Source: Psammoneis japonica
Taxonomy: Eukaryota
Direction: 5' to 3'
DNA: 64,000 nucleotides
Assembly (NCBI GenBank): GCA_008632985.1
Contig: QPGO01000160.1
Coordinates: 1 to 64,000, forward strand
In this document: positions 26,179 to 39,200 of the stretch, piece by piece
Layout: each line of letters starts with the position of its first letter
How positions within the stretch are numbered: position 1 is the stretch's first letter
Translations under genes and position numbers: made by a program
The notes under the pieces: model-generated
The model's database searches: none
The model's input: the letters and a program-made list of their open reading frames with translations, nothing else
What the model was told of the DNA's origin: nothing

Positions 26179-29009
26179 ATGACTCTGCGACGACGGAACA
26201 CCAGCACTACGAATCGAAAGGATACGAACTTAATAGTCTTGATAATCTGCATTCCCTTGTTGTTGTGTTGGATCGCTGTTACTCTTTTATGCTTGTTTCG
26301 TGCGCCATCCATCGCTGACAGCAGGGAGACTTTTGTTGGTTTTATTCGCCGCCCACCAAGTAGCTTGGTCGAACGGGAAGATGCCTCTAACCTTCAACAA
26401 AAAAAGGATGCGCATGACAAGCAGCTCGGTACTCAACAAAAAAAGGATGCGCATGACAAGCAGCTCGGTACCTTGGTAGGACGAGAAGAGACCTCTGTCT
26501 TTCAACAAGTCGAAGATGCCGATGACAACAATCGCGGATCTGATACGCTGTCAGAAGACGCCGTTGTTCTGATTGTCCCATTTATAGAAGAGAAGGAAGC
26601 CCAGATACTGATGGATCATTTAACGAAACTCCCAACAGATGAAAAGAAAAACCTTCATGTCATGTTTGTTCGTGAGGCGAATTCCACAAATCCATACCTA
26701 CGAGTTGCCAGGCTCATGAACGTTGGACTCTCCCACGCCTCAAACGTGTACAGCCACAATAACTCGACGTGCTTTGTGACCCATGACGTGAATCTGCTAC
26801 CAAATGTGACTACGATTCGATACGGCGACAGTTGTGAGGTGCCTACGCAACTGTGCTACGAGCAGTCATGCTATGCGGACGGTCTTCCATATCCAGAATA
26901 CGCAGGGGGAGTCGTAAGCGCCTCAAGGAAGGACTGGCTACAAATAAACGGATACACTGGCTCTACCTACGACTGGGGAGGCGAGGGAGATGACCTCTAT
27001 TGGCGCTTCCGACAAAACGGTCTTCTGGACCTCACACACATTGGGGCCTCCAGTGAATGGATGCTGAGGCAGCACGACGTGGGAAAGGGAAAGTGTGAGT
27101 GCTCTGCGACCAGCCGCAGACCCTTTGGATCGTACTTGGATAAGCACAAGGTCGGGGATAGGATCAGGCGAATGTCTGTCAAGAAATCGACAGAATGGAA
27201 AACTAGCGGACTCAACAGTCTCGCTTACGAGGTTCAAGGAATTGTTTCGCAACGTCAGAATGGCATTCTTACCACCGTTATGGATGTTGTCGAACCAACA
27301 CCTGTCGTCGACGACGGGTTACAAGATCACAGAAACGATTCTAAGGAGAATCGCCAGTCTGTAGTTCTTCTTTTTGCCTACCGTGACAGGAAGGCACACT
27401 ATGAACGGATGATGGAGCACATTCATCAATTGAGACGGAAAGCCGCTGGGCAATGGGACTTGCATGTTTACGTGGTGGAACAGATGAACAACGATCTATT
27501 TCGAAAGGGCTGGTAAGTTCATGTACTTTTGTGAATGATTCCAAATTCTGGCCATGCACACGATGAAACTGACATTGTCGTGCACAATGTTCTCGCGTCT
27601 CTTCAACTAGGCTGCTAAATATCGGATTTCATGAGATTGCCAAACGCTTTGATCCGAATACTACCTGCGTCGTGCAGCACGATATCGATCTTCTCCCCAA
27701 TCTCGACACGGTCGACTACGGCCGGTGTGAGATTCCGACGCAGATATGCACCGAAATTCCTTGTCTTGGACGCACCTTTCCCTACCAGGGTTCTTGCGCT
27801 GGTGGTGTCGTCGCGGCTCGACTGACTGATTGGCAACGCATCAATGGATACACTATTCAGGCGTATGGCTGGGGCGCCGAGGACGATGACATTTACTTCC
27901 GCTTCCGCGCCAACTCTTTGTTTCCCGAGCCTAAGAAACCGAGCAAGTTCCCTCCCATGAAGAGACCCGAGGAAGATTTTGGGTACTGCGATTGCGTTCT
28001 TGACGATGTGGATCACACACCGAGGCAGAAGCACCCGAATATCTACAATGCAATGATGCTGAAACTGAAACGCATGAGAAGAAACTCCACTGAATGGAAG
28101 CTTGATGGCTACGAAAACACAAAGTATTCAGTAGTCAATTCTTTCCAGGATTCCTATGGGAGCTCGTGGATCCAAGCAAACTACTCGAGCGCATCCGAGT
28201 GGACTCCTCCCGTTTCAAAACTCGATCCGAACGGCCCCAAGCCCGTCATTCTCATGTCTATTGGACGCTCGGGATCCACCGGCATCTTTCACGCTCTCGG
28301 AAATCTCACGGGAGAGACAATTTTTGGCGAGGAGTACGTCGGCAGGAGTCCAAAGGAGACGTCTAGTTTCTTTGAAAAGTATCAATTCGATGATGGACAA
28401 TGGTTGGTGGATCACTTGGCGGATCTTCAGAAGAAACACCCAAACGCTGGCATTGTGGGTTTCAAGTGGAAACCGTACATCAATTCACTCTACTTGCCCG
28501 GAGCTGTCCAGGCTCTGCAACGCGCCTCAAAGACGGATCCACCCATAAAATTCATTCACTCGTTTCGAAATCCTCTGGATGTTATTATCTCCGAGGCCAA
28601 GCATGATGCGAGTAATCACTCTCTTGGCTGGTATTGTGCAGCTGGAGATGAAGAATGCGTCAAGAAACACAAGAGTCAGCATTTCAAGCTGGTAACCAAT
28701 TTGTTGGTTAAGAAAATCAAGAGTGACACAAAGAGGCGAAAAGACCTTGAGGATTTGCTCCAAGAGAACGGAGTTCCGCACTTGACCACCACCTATGAAG
28801 ATTTGTACTACGGAGACGATGCATCCGGATGGATGGATTTGTTTAATTTCATTGGTGTTGGGCCCAAAGAAGGTTTAACCATGGAAAAGGTACAGTCCGT
28901 GTTTGAGTTTGCAAAGACAAGCTCCATGCATCATAAAGACGTGCTCGAAAACTACGATGAAGTCAAGCAACTCTTGACTGGAACGGAGTTTGAAAGTCTC
29001 CTGCACTGA
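26179..29009 (+). CDS. Type II membrane protein: two GT7 (beta-1,4-galactosyltransferase-like) domains plus a C-terminal sulfotransferase domain
   Basis: N-terminal TM; HDVNLLP/WGGEGDD and HDIDLLP/WGAEDDD; GRSGST and RNPLDVIIS; frame-preserving intron 27513-27610. Confidence 0.85.
26394..26471 (+). repeat. 39-bp in-frame tandem duplication (QQKKDAHDKQLGT x2)
   Basis: Direct repeat in the stem region of the GT7 protein. Confidence 0.9.
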
Positions 29010-29400
29010 CGAGTGAGCATATTATGTGAAAGTTCTTTTTGCAAAAACGGCTACAGTCTACTTTAGATGATCTATGTGTGTTACTTCTTTTTCTTTGTTT
29101 CCTCTTGCATGGTTCTCCTCGCCGTATTTCGTGTGATAGGGCCTGCCTCCTATCACTCTCGCTGTGCGTTATTTCCGTTCGTGAAATCATACGTATGTAG
29201 TCTAGCAACACTTAGTTTTCGTTTCTCTCATTGTACAGCAGCACTCGACAAAAGAAGTACGTACAGTCGTAATTGTCAGGACTCTAGATAGAACAATTAT
29301 TGGGTACAAGCTCGTTAGAGTAAAACACAAAAGCTTGAACCAGCATCGTTTCAAAACTATACTAAAACTACACTACTAACCAAAATCACCACACTACTCT

Positions 29401-30237
29401 CTAACTAGACGCTTGCGCTTCCACAAGACGCTTTTCCACTACATCCCAATTGATGACATCCCAATGGCATTGACATAATTGGGCCGAATATTGCGGTAAT
29501 CCACATAGTACGCATGTTCCCACACGTCAATACCCAAGAGGGGCACAAGTCCCGTCGTGGCTTGGAGTGGATCTTGATTGGGACACGTTTTGCATTCAAT
29601 GCCACCCGATTTGGGTTGTATCCCAACCATCCCCAACCACTGCCCTGCACAGCAATCGTCATTCCACTCAAATCACTCTTGAGCGTATCCAAGTCACCGT
29701 CATAACAAATGTTAATCATGTCTTGGAGCGGACCACCGTCCTTGGGAACAGAAGAAGAGGGACCGAGATTTTCCCAAAAGAGCGAGTGATTCACGTGTCC
29801 GCCGCCATTGAATTTTAACGCACCTTGCAAGGCAATAATGCCCGACACGTCTCCGGCTCCCACGGCAGCGTCGAGCTTTTCCAAGGCGACATTTAAATTC
29901 GTCACATACGTATTGTGGTGTTTGGAGTGATGGAGTTCCATGGTTTCTGCGGAAATGACGGCTGAGAAGTAGAGAGAAAGAGACGTAATTAACGTTTGTT
30001 AGAATAAAATAGATAACAAAAAATACATCAACACCAGCAACACTCCTTTTCTAAATACTCACGTTCCAAGGCTGCATAATCATACGGCAAATCGGGAAGC
30101 GTATGTTTTCCACCCGATGGAGCTGCCGATAAAAAGGCGGCACTGGATTTGAGTAAATCCTTGGGCAACGTACTGGAACGCACATGTGCTGCGGCACGAA
30201 GCGCCGAAGAAAGAACAACCTTGCTGCCGGTCGTCAT
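29401..30237 (-). CDS. SOD2: Mn superoxide dismutase, probably mitochondrial
   Basis: [45 protein letters not shown]; intron 29962-30062; apparent frameshifts near 29612 and 29460. Confidence 0.93.
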
Positions 30238-30965
30238 GGTGTTTTATTTTTGCAGCAGAAAAGATGCGTCAGGAACGAAAAGATCTCTTTTACCGGCGGT
30301 ACAAAAAGTACGTGAAACTCACGTGTCGTACATTTTTTACAGGCGTTTTTCGTAGAATTATGCCAATATATCTTGCTGATGTCATAGTTTCGGTGAATTT
30401 GGGGGGAATGTCATTTCCACATGAGATGTACTGGATGTTCTCTGTAAATTTATGGTATGTTCTCTACGTGGATCTTGCGCAAAGCTTTCCAATCTCCTCT
30501 TGGCCATTTTGCTCGCGCAAGGTGTGTGTGTCGCTGTCGCGTTGTTGTTGTTGCTGCTCTTGGCTTGGGTTGTTGCTGTTTTCGTCCCATCATCTTGTGT
30601 TACTGAAGTGGTATGATTGTCATGTTGCCGTATGTGTGGTGTTGTGTTGTGCTGAGTATTCAAAACGACAGAGAGCCGCCATGGCGCACAGTCGCGGCAC
30701 AAAACAGTCATGCCAGCCACGGTTCGGTTCCTACGAGGCTTTTCTACGTAAATCTTGAGTACTGCGGGCATTGGTTCGAGGCTGTTTCGGAGATTCCAAT
30801 TTTTAGTGGATTTGTACCAGAGTATGCACATGGATAGGAATTTTGATTTGAAGAATGTTTTTACTCAGCTCGTGCTTGTTTTGTTTCTCTCCCCACAATG
30901 ACAAACAGAACGGCTGTTGAATTGCTTTAGAGTGGAAACACATCAATTCAAAACAAAATCACACA

Positions 30966-31515
<550 letters not shown>

Positions 31516-32385
31516 AAAAGGAGATTGTTGTGGTGTATGAGGTGTGTGTGTTTTTCTATTATTTTTGCATTCTTTTTGAAATGTTAGAGAGAAGAAACAC
31601 ACACGCACGGACAGCAGGTAGATTGGTAGCTCAATACAGTAACTCGGCTTTTTTCAGAAGGATGTTTTGTCATGCTACTGTTACAGTAATACTGTTAGTT
31701 TGCATCGCTCGCCATGTAGGATGATTGTTGTAGTCATTTATGCATGTGTGGTAGTGTATATAGTCATGGATGCCTACTAGCGCTTTGCACTAGCGAATGC
31801 TTTTTTGCTTGACTGCATCGCGTCGGGCATTAGGGCCTACCATACTCTTGTACAGGCATGACAACCAACGAATGAAGCAATTATGCTATTAGTTACGTTC
31901 ACCGTAGGCTAGGCCAAGATAGCTCGTGCGTTTTCTAGCGCTGTTTGCTACAGGGCGCGAGAGAGAAAGGAAAAAGTAAATTTCGCGGTACTAAATAGGT
32001 CTGACATTGCTTTCCTTTCGAGTGTATTATTACAAGGGAATCTTTGAAATCAAGAGACGCACTCGCTCAGTAGTGCAATGGGTTATAATGACATCAAGCT
32101 TTGCATAATGATCCGGAAGCGGAGAGAGGAACACCGAGAGCATCAGTTCAGGATGAAAATATATTGAACCGCCAATAATGCACCGGTATAATACAGCAGC
32201 AGCAACAACAGCAGCTATTCTTTAACATTATGGTAGTCAACGTTGAAACTAACGTAATTTACGTGTTGCAATCCAAGTTGCGTTTCACTAGATATATGGT
32301 AAAACAACTCCCATTCGAGTCGCTCGCCATGTTTCTTCACAACCAACTACCAATACCATTTTCTCTCTTGCCATACATATATACT

Positions 32386-33016
32386 CTAAATTCCCAGACT
32401 CCCATATCCCGGAATGCGTTCAATCTTGGCAAAGTCCCATTCCTTGTTGCAAAGCGGACATACGGATCGGGTCTTGAGCCAACGCTGAATGCAATCGAGA
32501 TGAAACACGTGTCCGCAATTGCCAAAGGCAATCGACAAGCCATTGTCATTGGTAGAAGAAGGATTGGCTTGATACTCAATCGAGGGTTCATTCAAAGAGT
32601 TGCGGCAAATTGCGCACTATGATGGAGTGAGAAGTGTGTGAGAAAAGCATTTCTTACAAAAAAAAGTGCCATTCACTTAGAGTCAATTCTCTTCTCAACA
32701 CTTACCGTATCGGCGCAAATATCCCACGACCACATGGCTACCGCATTCCATTTTTTGATTTCAAATCGAGGCGGAGCGGGGCCCGCCTTGGCAGGTACCG
32801 GCTATAAATCATATAGAAACAGCGCGATTGTAATGATGAGCAATGTTGTCTGCACGAATCATCAGCACGAGGTAGTTTGGTGTTGTTCTACGTTTCACAT
32901 GAATTCACTGAATCATTCCAACACCACCATTATTACTATACACAATAACTCACCTCTGCGGCGACAGCAGCAGGAGCATCCGCCATGTCAACGTCTTTGG
33001 ATTCTTCAGCGCTCAT
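32386..33016 (-). CDS. RBX1: RING-box protein 1 (cullin-RING ligase subunit), three exons
   Basis: [46 protein letters not shown]. Confidence 0.93.
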
Positions 33017-34350
33017 GGTCGGTCGTTGTTGGCGCCGCGGGCAGCGGGCAAGTCTGCAACGAAAATCGAAAAATCAAAATAAGTCTCGGGTGAGCAGGCG
33101 GACAGACGGAGAGGACAAGCTACGTACTCGTACGTAGAGTTTTACGTGCTACGCAGATTCCACGTTGTGTTCTCGTATAAAAAGGATAAATGCCTGAAAA
33201 CGATAGAGCGATTTCTGACTCGGCGATTTCGGATGACGGCTGGACGACAGGAAGAAATAATGGGATGCATGTGGTGGGCGCGACTAAGAAGCAGCAAAAC
33301 AGCAGTCACTTGTTTTGGAAGTCACAACATGTCAACACAACATTGATGGGGTGGAGAATGAGCACATGGCTTTTCATTTTGCAGTGTGCCTCCTTGACCT
33401 TTTAATCATTGCAGAAATCAGCAACAAAAGGGCGGGGCCAAAAGCTCACAAACCAGGTGTTTTTTGCACACAAAAATCTGCAAAAGCACAATTGACAGAT
33501 TGCCATTTTTGGAGCCTGCATCATGATGGCACATGTGGAATGACACAGTGCTGACCCTGCAGCAATGCTGGCTGCTCAACACACATTGAAAAACAGAGCT
33601 CCAGCTGTGTGCCTCTCCAACCTCCTGTCGCACAATGTGCCGCATCGTCGCCAAACAAACACAGCACTTCTCTTGCAACCAGGCTCAAGCTGAGATGAAG
33701 GTTTTTCTGCAGCAAAGGAGAAAAGAAAAAGTTGACAGAGCATGGGAAGAAATTGAGTGGGTTTTGATTGCAAAAACTCTGCCACCTGCTGCGCGAACAA
33801 TCATCGTGGCCAGTGCGTGTGAGCCCCCCTAGAGCCGTCATTTCTGGCCCCAGTTTGTTGGAAGGAGCCTTCATTTTGAGAAAGGAGCACCCTCTTAATT
33901 CCTGCAGAAGAAAGTGGCAAGAGCATCAAAAAAATGTTGCAAACACATTGCCCAGCCAGCTTGCTTGTGACATGCTTGTTGCAGCTGCAAACCACCGCCA
34001 GACAGTTTTGCACACAAAAGTTGAAACTCTGCTCTCAGCCCCAAGGGCAAAGTTTGGTTTTTGTTGCTGCTTCAGCCCAGAAGAGACATTCTTGTGAACA
34101 TCACAGTGTTGCTGAGAAATTGTTGCAGAAAACTGCCTCTCTTTTTGAAGCTGTTGGCAGGAGAGGGGGGGGAAGCGACCACTTTGCTGCACAGCACAGG
34201 TTTGGGAGTTGTCACTTTGGAGGCACATCTTGCTGTTTTGAGTCAGAGACAGCTTGGGGGGAGGGACAAAAAGCTGTTCAAAATGACAGTGCTGAAAAGG
34301 CTTTGTGGCTCTTGTGCACACCCATGTCAAAGCAAGTGTTTCAAACTCAT

Positions 34351-34627
34351 TGACAGGATTTGAACAGGATTTAGGTGCGCGCGAAGCATCGCGCGCTGTT
34401 TAGTTTACCGCGCACAGTTTTGTGTGCTTTAGTTCCACGCGTTCACGCGCGATGTAGTTTGCTTTCGAGCCACAAGGCTCACAAGAACAATGACAGTAGC
34501 CCGATCACACCGACTTGCACGTCCTTCGGCTCCTGCAACGGTCTCTGAGCGGAGACTCATCTGCTATTTAGACAGCAGCAAGGAGTCATTGTTTTGAATT
34601 CTTGCCATTTGCCTTCAATTTCTGTCA
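34351..34627 (+). repeat. 5' LTR
   Basis: Direct repeat of 41018-41294, TG...CA ends. Confidence 0.95.
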
Positions 34628-35368
34628 GACAGATGCGCGGGTGGAGGCAAGCGCGCACTCAGACAAGGCGCGGCAGACGGTCTGTGCATCAGAAGACCCC
34701 ACATTTTCGCGAATGAGAGCCTTGCCCTTGTCGGTGAGAAGGATGCGTTCGAAGACGGCGAACATGTGCTTTTGCTGTTCAGCAAAGAGCAGTTTGTCTT
34801 CGGGGCTGGTCGGTTTGTACGACGAGTCTAGAATGCACTCGACGTCTTGGGCACGGGCTTGTGCCACAAGTGAGGTGTGCCAAGTGTGCCACTGCTTGTC
34901 AGATTTGAGAGCCGTGAAAGCGGTGGGATCACGCTTGATGCCTCGCTTGAAGTCTCGCACCAGGTCGCGTGCCTTGGTCGGGTTGGTGACATGTGGAGGT
35001 GCAAGGGGTGAGCTGCCGATGGACACAGAAGACATGCAGTCGGGGCTGAGGCGGCAGGCAAGGAACTCGTCATGCGTGAACAAAGAGGAGTCGTTGGCAA
35101 CGTCAAGACCTTTGTGTGCTTTGACAATGTACAGACTAACTGGTGCTGCTAACATGTTCTTATGACCACGGGGCAAAGGGATTACATTGGTGCCGTTGTC
35201 GTGCTCAAGCGAGTCGATTTGGGACGGCATGAACGTGAACAGTTCCTGACACGAGTCCGTGCCGTCTTGGGCCAAAGCCAAACGAAGAGGACTCCCAGCA
35301 CCTTGGGCAAGCACGGTTCCAACAACATGCTCGAAACCATCGGTTTGTTGCTGACGAGTGAGAACCAT
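34628..35368 (-). pseudogene. gag: Inverted gag N-terminal part of the Copia element
   Basis: MVLTR...RDFKRGIKRDPTAF...AQARAQDV; truncated at the LTR end. Confidence 0.8.
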
Positions 35369-36260
35369 GGCAGACAAAAGTGGTGTCAGGACAATCAATT
35401 CTGGTTGGGAAGCGAAGGTGGACTCGAAACTTGGGTGAGAATGGACTTGACTTGAAATGGACTTGACTTGAAATCTTGAACTGTCTTAAAATCAGAAGTC
35501 GCCGGGCTTTGTCATCCCGTTCGTTGTTGAGTGCTAAACTTCCCATCCGGTCCGTAGAGTTGTGCCGGCACGTCCGAACCCGCAGCCAGCGGCGCTTTGG
35601 GTTGCTTACGAGCGGAGTAGCGGGTTGTAAACCCCTGCAGGTAAGCTGACTAGAGGTGGACAAGACCCCCGAACCGTTCTTATTTTTACATCGGTTGGAT
35701 TTCCCGATCAGGCTGGCCAGTTGACGCAGGCGTCAGGCGCTGTGGACGAACGAACAAACGTGGGAAAGCACCCTCGCCCCAACGTGGGCTGCAATCACGG
35801 CTGCTTGCTCTCACAGTCGTCCTCGTGGACCTAGTAGAACTGTAGAGCACCAGCAGTCCGGGGTAGATCAGGTGCAATGGACTCGGTGTGCTTGTAGAGT
35901 GGCAGCAAAACCGCAGTCCGAAGAGTGGATAAAGGTTCTTGGCCGTGAAGACATGCACACATATACATGTGCATGTCTTCAGCGACTAAGATCCTTGAAT
36001 GTGTAGGGTTCTTGACCGTTAACCGAGGAACAGGTACATCAAGGGATGTTGATCAAGGATAGACTTGGACATGACCGTTGAATATAAGTCTTCAGCGACC
36101 AAAGGTGGCATAATCAATCCAGATATCCAGCGGTAAGGAGACTTGACGGTGACGTTAACTTCCTGCCGATGCCCTGGCATTGAATGCGCGTAGACTTGCC
36201 GATGTGTGTAGAACATATACGGAGGTCCACGTAGAATTGAAATAGCGTCGTTGGTCCAGT

Positions 36261-39200
36261 GACCACTTCTCTGAAGGACAGAAGCGCGTCATGCTCGAGA
36301 ATGCCGTGCACCCTGTCGAGGAACTCCGTGCTGTCAAGAACCAAGCTGATCAGCATCGTACGCAGAGTGGCAAGAGCCTCACATGCGATCAATGCTGTGG
36401 CTTGCTCCTCTCCGCGGCAGCTCAGTGCGACAGCACGTTTCAACCCAAGACGACACCTCGAGCTCCCCGACGTGCCACACACGCACACGACGTCCACTCC
36501 GAGGAACCGTCCGACGATGTGTTCTACGACATTGACAGCGACATTGACGTCCTTCAGGCCAATGCTGCCCACACCCGCGGTCCCAGCCTTGCCGGTGACC
36601 AATGGAGACGTCTCCCTCCCGACCAACAACGGCTCTGGGATTCGTTGCCCGATTCCTCCAAGGCGATCATCCTTGAGCATTCTCGTCCGCCTCCCCGCAA
36701 CCCGCGAGCCAGCAACTGCCATGAGTCTGTTACGGCCAACCTTCATGACCAGCGCCTTGGGAGTGACGGTGATGTCAACTTGTCCAACACGTCTCCTGCT
36801 GACTCTGGTGACTCCGCTCCACATGTGGACGCCACTTCGGACAATCCCATCCTGGTGCACCTCACCAAGCGCAAGCCACTGCCACCCGGTGATCTGCAAC
36901 GTCTGTTGTCTCCTAACCAAGCCCCCAATGCCAGTCGACCGGGGCCATCCGCCGCTTCCTCCGCTGCTTCCTCTACACCGCCAGCTTCTGCAGATGACAC
37001 AGAACTTGACGGCCGCACTTGCCGCCGCGTCAACAACCACAATGTCATTTGCTCTGCCTCTGCTCATCGCTCCACACGCACTGGCGCTCTAGTCGATCGT
37101 GGGGCCAACGGCGGCATTGCTGGTGACGACGTTCGCGTCATTGCACACACCTCTCGCCAAGTCGACGTCCAGGGCATTGACGATCATCAATTGGTGGACA
37201 TCCCCATTGTCACCGCTGGTGCCGTCATTGAGACCCAGCGTGGTCCCGTCATCGCCATCCTCCATCAGCACGCATGCACGGGCAAGGGCAAGACCATCCA
37301 TTCCTGCGGCCAGCTCGAATGGTGCAAACAGGATGTCAACGATCGCTCTGTCAAGGTGCCCAACGGCTTGCAACGTGTTGCCACTCCTGATGGCTATGTC
37401 ATCCCCATTGACATCAAGGCTGGCCTGCCTTGTGTTGCCATGCGACCTTACACTGACGCCGAATGGGACACCCTGCCCCATGTCATCCTCACCGGTGATG
37501 ACACATGGGACCCTTCCGTCCTCGATCACTCTGTCACTGACGACGACCAGTGGTGCGACGCGATCTCTGACCTGCAGGACGATCCCACTGCCAACCTATT
37601 TGACGAATGCGGCAACTACCGTCATCGTGTCGTTGTCAACGAGACCATCATGTCCGCTTCCTTGTCTGCCGATCACGCGTCCGCCCTCGATGATCACCTC
37701 ATTCCGAACGACGACGTGTTCTACGAGTGTCATCTGCATGCGATTGGCCCCCAGGGCGATGACGTTCCACCTCCGGAGCGCACTGTACAGCCCAAGGACC
37801 CCCCCTTCGAGTCTCTTCGGCCTTGCTTTGGCTTCCCACCTGCCGATGCGGTCCGTCGTACTTTTGACTGCACCACGCAGCACGCCCGCATGCCCGCCGG
37901 TACACACCTTCGCAAGGCCCACAAATCACCCAACCCCGCCCTTAACGTGCACCGCCGCAACGAGCCCATCGCCACTGACACCGTTTGTGCCGACACCCCG
38001 GCCGTCGACTCTGGTTGCACCAGCGCCCAACTGTTTGTTGGCACCGAGTCTACCGTCACTGACGTCTGCGGCACTGGGACGGACAAAGAGTTTGTCAACA
38101 CACTCGAGGATCAGATCCGTGAACGTGGTGCCCCATCCAAACTCATTAGCGACCGTGCTCAAGTTGAGATCAGCAACAAAGTGCTCGGGATCCTCCGCGC
38201 CCACTTCATCTCCAGCTGGCAAAGTGAGCCTCACCAGCAACACCAAAACTTTGCCGAGCGTCAACACCAGACCGTGAAGCGCATGGCGAACACTGTCATG
38301 GATCGTTTTGGTTCGCCCGCCCACACATGGCTGCTGGCGCTCATGTACGTGTGCTTCGTGCTCAACCATGCAGCGTCCCCACGTCTCCACTGGCGCACGC
38401 CCCTCGAGACTCTCACTGGCTCCACCCCGGACATCAGCCCGTTGCTTCGCTTTCACTGGTGGGAACCCGTGCACTTCCACCTCGATGACTCCGATTGGCC
38501 ATCCGAATCCCGTGAGTTGCGTGGACGCTTCGTTGGCATTGCTGAGCACGTCGGCCACCAGATGACCTTCAGGATTCTATCTGACGAGACTCAGAAGATC
38601 CTCCACCGGTCTAACGTCAGCTCCGCTGCCCCCGATCCTGCCGTTCGAAACCTGCGTCTTGATCCTCCTGATGGGGAGCCACCTGAACCCATCATCAAAT
38701 CTCGCCATGACGACAACCCCGTCGATTCTCCTGATGGGGAGATCAGGACACCCAAGATGCCAGTTTTCGATCCGCAAGACATCATTGGACGCACCTTCCT
38801 CATGCAGCCACAAGAGGACGGACAACGCCACAGAGCTCGCATCGTCAAGGCCGTCGAAGACCACGAATGGAAAGTGAACGGCAATCCCAAGCTCACTAAG
38901 TTCGTCTGCTCTGTCAACAATGACGAATGCGAGGAAGTCCTTGCCTACAATGACATCATGAATCACATTGAGCAAGAAGACGAAGACACCACCATTTGGA
39001 AATTTCGACGCATCGTGTCACACGAAGGACCTCTGAAGCCTCACGACCCAACCTGGAAAGGCTCCAGCTACAACATCATGCTTGAATGGGAAAGTGGGGA
39101 GATCACGTCCGAGCCTCTTGCCATCATCGCCAAGGACGACCCCGTCACCTGTGCCATCTATGCACGAGAGAACGGACTCCTCGACACTGATGGCTGGAAG

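Noticed and set aside
30186..30831. ORFs between SOD and UBC
   Set aside because: Low-complexity divergent intergenic region with no motifs
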